From a virus (taxonomy: Duplodnaviria; Caudoviricetes): a stretch of DNA of 24,636 bases. Positions 19,357-24,636 of this stretch are shown here, piece by piece. The stretch lies in the IMG/VR virus record IMGVR_UViG_3300025018_000517, positions 1-24,636 of that record. One strand, 5' to 3'. Every line of letters begins with the position of its first letter. The first letter of the stretch is position 1. Below the pieces are notes generated by a model. It was not told where the DNA came from. It saw only the letters and a list, made by a program, of their open reading frames with translations, and did no database searches. The position numbers and the translations under genes were made by a program.

Positions 19357-19360
19357 GAAC

Positions 19361-19394
19361 AAAAAACCCCCAAGGTTCAAGGCCAGAGGGGGTT
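19361..19394 (-). terminator. Intrinsic terminator, minus-strand orientation
   Basis: AACCCCC(19365-19371)/GGGGGTT(19388-19394) stem. A6 at 19361-19366 gives a U-tract on the minus strand only. Confidence 0.65.
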
Positions 19395-19414
19395 AAAACA
19401 AGTGGGTCTTATTT
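19361..19414 (-). ncRNA. Candidate ~55-nt trans-acting antisense sRNA
   Basis: Bracketed by a minus-strand promoter and a minus-strand terminator. Its 5' part AUAAGACCCACUUGUUUU is complementary to several early-gene RBS regions. Confidence 0.55.
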
Positions 19415-19420
19415 TGTCCA

Positions 19421-19448
19421 ATCCTATCAAAAAATAATAACATTTCAA
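19421..19448 (-). promoter_or_regulatory. Extended -10 promoter for the candidate sRNA
   Basis: TTGAAA(19448-19443)-16 nt-TAGGAT(19426-19421), preceded by TGn. Confidence 0.55.
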
Positions 19449-19503
19449 GTAAAATTTGCATTTTTCAACAATTTGCCTGAAAATCTAAAAATAGGGGTGA
19501 ATT

Positions 19504-19743
19504 ATGAAAGACGAGTACAAGCTACCAGAATATATAAAATCTCAAACAATTGGCATGTCTAACAAAATGATTGATCCTGAGTTTTATATGAAAAAACTTT
19601 TTGGGCCAATACCGAAAAAAATGTCTAGCGTTTTATCTGGCATGAGCGAAGAAGAACTTGAAGCGCAAATGGCCCTAGAGGATGCTGCATATCAAGATTA
19701 TCTAGATCAAGTTGAACGCAAAAGAATGATGTTAGCTGACTAA
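19504..19743 (+). CDS. Hypothetical protein (79 aa)
   Basis: AGGGGTG RBS; open frame. Confidence 0.7.
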   Translation: MKDEYKLPEYIKSQTIGMSNKMIDPEFYMKKLFGPIPKKMSSVLSGMSEEELEAQMALEDAAYQDYLDQVERKRMMLAD

Positions 19744-19941
19744 ATCATCAACTGTTAAATTTAAAACTTTAGCCATTTTAATTATTTTCCCAATCTGGGG
19801 AATGGATTTGCCGTTGCAAATTCTGCTTAGATGAGTTTCGTGGATTTCGGCCATCACTGAAAACTCGCATCGCTTAATTCTTCTCTCGCTCAATATTCTT
19901 GATAAGTTTTTGCCGATGTTTTTTTCTGATTTTGTTTTCAC
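19732..19941 (-). CDS. XRE/Cro-CI family HTH transcriptional regulator
   Basis: IGKNLSRILSERRI...HLSRICNGKSIP.I.KIIKMAKVLNLTVDDL is a classic HTH_3 pattern. The likely start is GTG 19941, which overlaps the HNH stop (GTGA). Confidence 0.88.
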   Translation of the reverse strand: MKTKSEKNIGKNLSRILSERRIKRCEFSVMAEIHETHLSRICNGKSIPQIGKIIKMAKVLNLTVDDLVS

Positions 19942-20420
19942 ATTCGCCCACTTTTCAAACAATTTTTACAAACTTCGGTCAATTCAAAAGGCTCACTTTT
20001 GATTCTAGATGGTTTTATTTTCTTAAATTTACCCTCTGGAAGTATTTTGCAAGCCGTATTTTGCCCATCCCAGAAGTGACTTATTTTTAAATTTCTGAAT
20101 CGTACAAAGCCCTTTGTTGTTTTTGGTTTAACATCAGTGGATCTCAATTTTTTGGATTCAAGATATAATTTTCTTGATAATTTTATGGGTTTACTGAAAT
20201 CATCTTCAAAAATATTACTTTTACCTAGATTGCATTCTCTGCAGAGTATTTGCAAATTTTTTAAATCAAGTTTTAAGTGTGGATATTTTGAAATTGGCTT
20301 TATATGATCTACATGAAGCTCTGTATTCTTAGCTCCACAGCACTGACAAGATCTATTACTTGCTCTTAGTGCAACATATCTAATCTCTCTCCATTCTCTG
20401 CTTTTGTAAAAATTATTCAT
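19938..20420 (-). CDS. HNH endonuclease with a C-terminal Cys/His domain
   Basis: FYKSREWR...CQCCG...LHVDHIKP...NLQILCRECNLGK. Confidence 0.92.
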   Translation of the reverse strand: MNNFYKSREWREIRYVALRASNRSCQCCGAKNTELHVDHIKPISKYPHLKLDLKNLQILCRECNLGKSNIFEDDFSKPIKLSRKLYLESKKLRSTDVKPKTTKGFVRFRNLKISHFWDGQNTACKILPEGKFKKIKPSRIKSEPFELTEVCKNCLKSGRM

Positions 20421-20898
20421 TTAAAAAATCCTTTACCATTTTAGAAATTGTATCAGTATCTAGTTTGTCGGCGACCGCCACCAAAGGCGGTTCGTCGGCT
20501 TTTACGTTCTTTATTCTTATATCTCTTCTTAAATCTAGGGGCGATTTTTCGGCTTGCAAATCGCTTTCAGAAAGCTTCGTTTTGAAGTCTTTTTGCTTTA
20601 ATTTTAACAATATAAAAGCATCGATTTGAAGAAACTTTCCGCAAGTTTTGTTTGGAATTAACTCAAGTTTGTTCAAAACTTCGAGCAAACTTACCAACTT
20701 TCTCTTATTGTTTAGCCTAAACTTCGCCAAAACTTCGTCCAAACTTAAGACAATGACTCTCTGCGTACCGTCGAATTTTGCGCACAGCAATTCAAGGAGA
20801 AGCCAGTAAAAACCATAACCCTCGACACCCTTTTCTGCTAACAAGAAATTAAGCCTTGTTGACTCTGTGGCATTTGAATAATGCTTAAACCATCTCAT
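20413..20898 (-). CDS. Phage replication initiator/replisome organiser (DUF4373, Lin1244/Lin1753-like N-terminal domain)
   Basis: WFKHYSNA...KGVEGYGFYWLLLELL motif; internal iteron-like repeats. Confidence 0.8.
   Translation of the reverse strand: MRWFKHYSNATESTRLNFLLAEKGVEGYGFYWLLLELLCAKFDGTQRVIVLSLDEVLAKFRLNNKRKLVSLLEVLNKLELIPNKTCGKFLQIDAFILLKLKQKDFKTKLSESDLQAEKSPLDLRRDIRIKNVKADEPPLVAVADKLDTDTISKMVKDFLNE
20632..20746. repeat. 11-bp-periodic AAACTT/AAGTTT iteron array (putative replication origin)
   Basis: AAACTT at 20632, 20676, 20687, 20719, 20730 and 20741; inverted AAGTTT at 20643 and 20665. Confidence 0.7.
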
Positions 20899-20908
20899 TT
20901 TTTATCCT

Positions 20909-21004
20909 AAAAGAACCAAACCCAACGCGGCTTTAGCGAGATCACGTCGGGTTTGGTATTTACCCCGGAGGATAATTGTTTATTTTTTGATTGCTTGCTA
21001 AAGC
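20909..21004 (-). ncRNA. Structured leader RNA (terminator/pseudoknot element), copy 1, upstream of the replication gene
   Basis: The 5' segment GCUUUAGCAAG is complementary (10/11) to the loop of a 15-bp hairpin followed by UCUUUU; internal cUCCGg hairpin. Confidence 0.7.
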
Positions 21005-21111
21005 ACTCCAAGATTAATTTAATATATTGTAAAAAAACAACGTCTAAAAAAATCGTAATGCCTTGAAATCAAAAGAAATAGAAAAAATAAAAATTAATCT
21101 TTATTTTTTAG

Positions 21112-21140
21112 TTGACGTGTATTAGCTAATGAATTAAATT
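21112..21140 (+). promoter_or_regulatory. Sigma70-type early promoter with a palindrome in the spacer
   Basis: TTGACG(21112-21117)-17 nt-TAAATT(21135-21140); ATTAGCTAAT palindrome at 21121-21130; AT-rich upstream region. Confidence 0.75.
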
Positions 21141-21166
21141 CTTGTCAACAAAACAAGTGGGGTTTT

Positions 21167-21436
21167 ATGGATTTCCATTTTAATTTTAGATCAAATTTAA
21201 TGCAAGCAGAGATAGACGTCGAGGTTTCGGCCAGTGTTGAAATTGCCACCTATGGCGAAGATGCAGACGGCAATCGAGGCAAATCTGGAAGAGTAGTTTC
21301 CGTTAAGTCTTTTTCTCTAAACTTTGGAAAAGAAGATATAACCGCCGTTATTTCTGAAGCAAACAATGAGCTTTTTGAGGATTTTGAAAAAGAAGCTGAA
21401 AAGAAAGCGATTGAAGAATCCGAGGCATATTTATGA
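21167..21436 (+). CDS. Acidic hypothetical protein (89 aa)
   Basis: AAGTGGGG RBS; YGEDADGNRG motif. Confidence 0.8.
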   Translation: MDFHFNFRSNLMQAEIDVEVSASVEIATYGEDADGNRGKSGRVVSVKSFSLNFGKEDITAVISEANNELFEDFEKEAEKKAIEESEAYL

Positions 21437-21609
21437 ATGCCTTAAACGAAGCCTTGGCCTTGTCCGAATTTTTAAATAATTTGGTTAATCAGAATTATGA
21501 TTTAGATATGACAACAGAAGAAGTTTTAAAAGTTGCATTTTCGAATGAAGGTGATACGCTATTTGAGCTTTCTTTGTTAATTGATAATTATAGAATAGCA
21601 AAAAACTAA
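21433..21609 (+). CDS. Hypothetical protein (58 aa; not in the ORF track)
   Basis: ATGA overlap with the upstream stop; GAGG RBS; translation MNALNEALALSEFLNN...RIAKN. Confidence 0.7.
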   Translation: MNALNEALALSEFLNNLVNQNYDLDMTTEEVLKVAFSNEGDTLFELSLLIDNYRIAKN

Positions 21610-21620
21610 AGTGGGGATTT

Positions 21621-22388
21621 ATGGAAAAAAAAGTTATTTCAAAAAGTGAAAATTTACCAGTTCAGACAAAAGAGGATTCAATAACCTCTGCGTTAATTGA
21701 GTTATCCAAAAATCCGGACATTGATCCGCAAAAGATTGAACAATTGATGAACCTTCAAATAAAAATGGAAGAACGCCAAGCAGAAAAAGCCTTTTATGAT
21801 GCAATGGCAATCTTTCAGGGCGAATGCCCCGTCATTCCAAGAAATAAAAAGACGGACTTTGAATCAAAGGGGGGAAACAAGGTTAAATATGATTATGCCC
21901 CACTCGATCAAATAGTTTCCATTGTTAAGCCAATCTTGATGAAAAATGGTCTTTCTTTTACTTTTACGGTTTCACCAAAAGAAAACGCCACAACGGAGGT
22001 CATTACAACCGTTTATCATAAAGAAGGCTTTAGAAAGGATTTCAGCTACACTTATGACTCTATCCATGACGATGGCAGGATGAACGCCTCACAGCGCCGC
22101 AAATCGGCTCTAACCTATGCCAAAAGAGCCGCCCTTGAGAATGCCCTTGGGGTTGTTACGGCCAATGAGGATGATGATGCCAAAAGGTCATCGGAAAGGC
22201 TTGCCAGCAAAGATCAGCTGGACGTCATATCTTCCTATTTAAGGTCAACTGAATCGACAATGGAAAATCTTTTACAATACCTCTGCATTGAGAGCGTCGA
22301 AATTATGAGCGACTTTGATGCTAAGAAAGCTATTTCTGCGTTAAAACAAAAAGCAAGTTTTCAATCTAAAAAAAATAAATTGGCTTAA
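21621..22388 (+). CDS. erf: ERF-family single-strand annealing recombinase
   Basis: YDYAPLDQIV..VKPILMKNGLSF and SALTYAKRAAL...LGV...EDDDA motifs. Confidence 0.92.
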   Translation: MEKKVISKSENLPVQTKEDSITSALIELSKNPDIDPQKIEQLMNLQIKMEERQAEKAFYDAMAIFQGECPVIPRNKKTDFESKGGNKVKYDYAPLDQIVSIVKPILMKNGLSFTFTVSPKENATTEVITTVYHKEGFRKDFSYTYDSIHDDGRMNASQRRKSALTYAKRAALENALGVVTANEDDDAKRSSERLASKDQLDVISSYLRSTESTMENLLQYLCIESVEIMSDFDAKKAISALKQKASFQSKKNKLA

Positions 22389-22409
22389 TATAAAAAATAA
22401 GGGGGTCTT

Positions 22410-23039
22410 ATGTATAAAAAGCACAAGGTTGACCAAGGTACGGATGAGTGGTTTAGCGCCAGACTCGGTCTTATAACAGCATCAAATTTTGACAAAGTAA
22501 TAACGCCAACTGGTAAAAATTCAAGCCAAGTTGCTGGCTTAATTAATAAGGCTGCAGCTGAGATCTTAACCGGGGAGCCAATAGAATCATATACAAGTCA
22601 GGCAATGGAAAGGGGTAAAGATTTAGAGGATGATGCTTTTAATTTTTTAAGCTTTGCTCACGGATTTAACTTTGAAAAAGTTGGGCTTATTGAAGCTGTT
22701 AATAATATTGGGGAATCGTTGGGATATGGATGCAGCCCAGATGGCCTTTGCGAAAGTGAGAAGATTGGGCTTGAACTAAAGTGCCCACTTGCTCACACTC
22801 ATGTGGCTTATCTTCGTTCTGGTGCATTGCCATCAGAATATTTACTGCAAGTTCAAGGGTCAATGCTTGTCACTGGCTTTGATAGATGGATTTTTTGCTC
22901 TTATCACCCTCTTATGCAATCTCTCGTGATTGAGGTTGAGAGAGATGAAGAAATAATTGAAAAACTAAGAAACGGATTAAGTTCGGCAACTCTTGAGGTT
23001 TCAAAGTGTTTAATAAAGTTCGGTGGCGGTGAAAAATGA
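22410..23039 (+). CDS. YqaJ/lambda-exonuclease family nuclease
   Basis: QGTDEWFSARLG.ITAS, AMERGKDLE, GCSPDGL, LELKCP and YLLQVQ motifs. Confidence 0.95.
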   Translation: MYKKHKVDQGTDEWFSARLGLITASNFDKVITPTGKNSSQVAGLINKAAAEILTGEPIESYTSQAMERGKDLEDDAFNFLSFAHGFNFEKVGLIEAVNNIGESLGYGCSPDGLCESEKIGLELKCPLAHTHVAYLRSGALPSEYLLQVQGSMLVTGFDRWIFCSYHPLMQSLVIEVERDEEIIEKLRNGLSSATLEVSKCLIKFGGGEK

Positions 23040-23254
23040 AAGCGTCAGAAATGGGCAGATGCTTAGATTGCGATAATATCAATTGGGTTGATTGCGATAT
23101 TAATTCCGTTGATGAGATTTGCAATGGATCGTTTATTTGCTGTTTTTGCAAAAATCCCCAGTTCTTTAAATTTAGAGCTAGGGTGTTTTTTGTTAGCGTG
23201 AGGGAATATGAGCAAAAAAAAGAAGTCAAACAGACAAATAATGAAAGCCTATAA
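23036..23254 (+). CDS. Cys-rich (Zn-ribbon-like) hypothetical protein
   Basis: CLDC and CCFC motifs; ATGA coupling to the exonuclease gene. Confidence 0.55.
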   Translation: MKASEMGRCLDCDNINWVDCDINSVDEICNGSFICCFCKNPQFFKFRARVFFVSVREYEQKKEVKQTNNESL

Positions 23255-23639
23255 ATTTTATCTTAGCGGCTCTCCGGTTTCCGAGGCTGCCAAGTCGATT
23301 GGTATTTCAAGACAGATGCTATGGAATTATTTTAAAGAAAAGGGCTTGCAGCTAAAAGGCAGATGCTCAAGAGAAAAAGTTTCCTACAAGGGTGAAAGAT
23401 ACTCATTTGACAAATATGGTTATCTAAAGAAAACTACTGGAAACAGGGAGTATTTGCACAGAAAAATATACAGAGATAAAAAAGGCGAAATTCCCAAGGG
23501 TTACTGCGTTTTTCATATAAACGGAGATAAAACAAACTGCTCAATTGAAAATCTGGACATTGAGACGATCTCCGAAAATGTCAAAAGAAGAGGTTTTAAA
23601 AATAACCAATTTACAAAAAGCTTAAGTGAGGATTTATGA
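23208..23639 (+). CDS. HTH plus HNH_3-type homing endonuclease-like protein
   Basis: N-terminal HTH (VSEAAKSIGISRQML) and YLHRKIY...GEIPKGYCVFHINGDKTNCSIENL. Confidence 0.85.
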   Translation: MSKKKKSNRQIMKAYKFYLSGSPVSEAAKSIGISRQMLWNYFKEKGLQLKGRCSREKVSYKGERYSFDKYGYLKKTTGNREYLHRKIYRDKKGEIPKGYCVFHINGDKTNCSIENLDIETISENVKRRGFKNNQFTKSLSEDL

Positions 23640-23947
23640 AATACAAGGGCGGCGATAAGCCTAAAGATAGAAAGCTTTTTTACAATGGAAAAATGAAAAG
23701 CTGTTCAAATTGCCTTGAGATTAAGGATTTAAAAGACTTTCCAAAAAGTGGCGCAGGTAAAGAGGGTTGCTCAAGTTTTTGGCGAGGCGATTGTAAAAGG
23801 TGCCATTCTTTAAAAACATATAACAGGGTTATTGAAAAAGCCGCCGACAAAAGACCCAATCAATTCTGGTGCTGCTCTTTATGTGACAATATAAATGCTA
23901 GGAGCAGAGTTTTTTGTAGGTCTTGTAAGAAAGGGGTGAGAAAATAA
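23636..23947 (+). CDS. Zinc-finger protein (four CxxC pairs)
   Basis: CSNC...K...DF...CKRC and CSLC...CRSC. Confidence 0.75.
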   Translation: MKYKGGDKPKDRKLFYNGKMKSCSNCLEIKDLKDFPKSGAGKEGCSSFWRGDCKRCHSLKTYNRVIEKAADKRPNQFWCCSLCDNINARSRVFCRSCKKGVRK

Positions 23948-23981
23948 CTTTACTTTTTATTTTTTATAATAGATTATGAAA

Positions 23982-24074
23982 ATGCTCGCAAAGCAATCAA
24001 CACACATAATCGCCGTAAGGCATTAATCAACCCTTTAGGTTTTCTTTTGCGAGCATCCTAGAGGGTTGGTTTTT
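23982..24074 (+). ncRNA. Structured leader RNA (terminator/pseudoknot element), copy 2
   Basis: The 5' segment AUGCUCGCAAA is perfectly complementary to 24046-24056, in the loop of a 15-bp hairpin that ends in a U-tract; internal GCC-GUAA-GGC hairpin. Confidence 0.7.
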
Positions 24075-24109
24075 AGCACCGTCTTTGGTTAAGGCTTGGA
24101 CGGTGCTTT
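24075..24109 (+). terminator. Second hairpin / possible tandem terminator
   Basis: AGCACCGTC(24075-24083)/GACGGTGCT(24099-24107), followed by a weak TTATAC tail. Confidence 0.5.
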
Positions 24110-24130
24110 ATACTGTTTTATTGGTGAAAA

Positions 24131-24439
24131 ATGTTGCTTGAGAATCTGAAAACCCAAGCCGAGCGCAGGGAATACTTTAAGATCATGACTTACGGTGCCT
24201 AGATATGGGAGTCGAAAGATAACAAGCTTGTTTGTGTTTTAGAGAATTTTGGAGAGTGCGCTTGTGGCTTTAAAGGCAAGGCGAAGGTTGGCGACGTTCC
24301 GAAGTTTTATCAGTTTTGTAATATTTACAAAAAGAATGATGCTTCAATAAATAAGGGTAAATTAATGAACAAAAAAAGAGAATATATTAAATCGCTGTGC
24401 AGAGAATGCGCGATAAAACAGGTTGAGGCTATCGAATGA
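24131..24439 (+). pseudogene. Cys-rich ORF interrupted by one in-frame TAG
   Basis: The ATG 24131 frame has TAG at 24200-24202 and then stays open to TGA 24437-24439, which overlaps the next ATG; CAC, C and CREC motifs. Confidence 0.45.
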
Positions 24440-24537
24440 ACTTCTGGCAAATAATACTCGTAATAATCTTTATATTCTTAGGTGTTCAGCTTGATATGTG
24501 GTTGATTGAAAATAATTTAATGGAGTGGTTGAGATGA
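24436..24537 (+). CDS. Small single-TM membrane peptide (33 aa)
   Basis: MNFWQIILVIIFIFLGVQLDMWLIENNLMEWLR; GAGG RBS; ATGA overlaps at both ends. Confidence 0.6.
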   Translation: MNFWQIILVIIFIFLGVQLDMWLIENNLMEWLR

Positions 24538-24636
24538 AAACAATTTTAATTAGGACGCAACAAGAATTTGATGCGTTACCAGACAGTTTTTCGGAGTTTA
24601 CAGAAATACAAATTAGGTCGAAAGAGTTAATTGTAA
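24534..24636 (+). CDS. Hypothetical protein (3'-partial)
   Basis: ATGA coupling; GGAG RBS; MKTILIRTQQEFDALPDSFSEFTEIQI... open to the window edge. Confidence 0.65.
   Translation, partial: MKTILIRTQQEFDALPDSFSEFTEIQIRSKELIV

Larger units (their letters stand above)
1..24636. mobile_element. P22-like tailed phage (or prophage) genome segment
   Basis: Terminase-portal-scaffold-coat-gp4-gp10-ejection-tail fibre synteny, plus ERF/YqaJ, HNH and replication genes. No host housekeeping genes are present. Confidence 0.97.

Noticed and set aside
18511-22412. AACAAGTGGG repeats as a CRISPR or mini-array
   Set aside because: The copies are short, dispersed over kilobases and tied to start codons, with no regular spacers and no cas genes.
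19106-23229. ORFs 19106..19300(-), 19899..20090(+) and 22912..23229(-)
   Set aside because: They are antisense to better-supported, translationally coupled genes.
23982-24109. tRNA or known ribozyme in the structured intergenic region
   Set aside because: No cloverleaf, TΨC arm or CCA end, and no hammerhead, HDV or twister core that I could recognise. An Rfam scan is still needed.
8985-24202. Genome-wide TAG recoding, suggested by TAG 24200, by TAG 18722 being in frame with the next ORF, and by TAG 8985 readthrough ending in an ATGA overlap
   Set aside because: All long genes (946, 661, 516 and 492 aa) are intact in the standard code with no internal TAG, and the ORF after TAG 18722 has its own RBS.
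1-24636. Host assignment (e.g. Bdellovibrionota, from GGGG-type RBSs and secreted fibre-like proteins) and temperate lifestyle
   Set aside because: The evidence is only circumstantial. No host genes, integrase or att site are in the window.

Overview
The whole window is part of a P22-like (podovirus-type) tailed phage or prophage. The minus-strand late operon (1-18379) encodes, in order: small and large terminase, P22-type portal, scaffold, P22 gp5-type coat, a small Lys-rich protein, gp4- and gp10-like tail proteins, four probable ejection proteins, a Gly-rich tail fibre and two fibre-like proteins with apparent Sec signal peptides. The early/middle region (18476-24636) holds small hypothetical genes, an XRE HTH regulator, two HNH proteins, a DUF4373-like replication protein with internal 11-bp-periodic iterons, an ERF plus YqaJ recombination pair and Zn-finger proteins. 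The most striking signals are regulatory. (1) Two leader RNAs (20909-21004 on -, 23982-24074 on +) share one terminator/pseudoknot architecture, with unrelated stem sequences and an invariant AAGCAATCAA. (2) A ~55-nt candidate sRNA (19361-19414, -), with its own promoter and terminator, is complementary to the ribosome-binding regions of four or five early genes. (3) The late transcript appears to be leaderless. No integrase, lysis genes, tRNA, rRNA or CRISPR array was seen. All family assignments come from motif recognition and synteny, not database searches.
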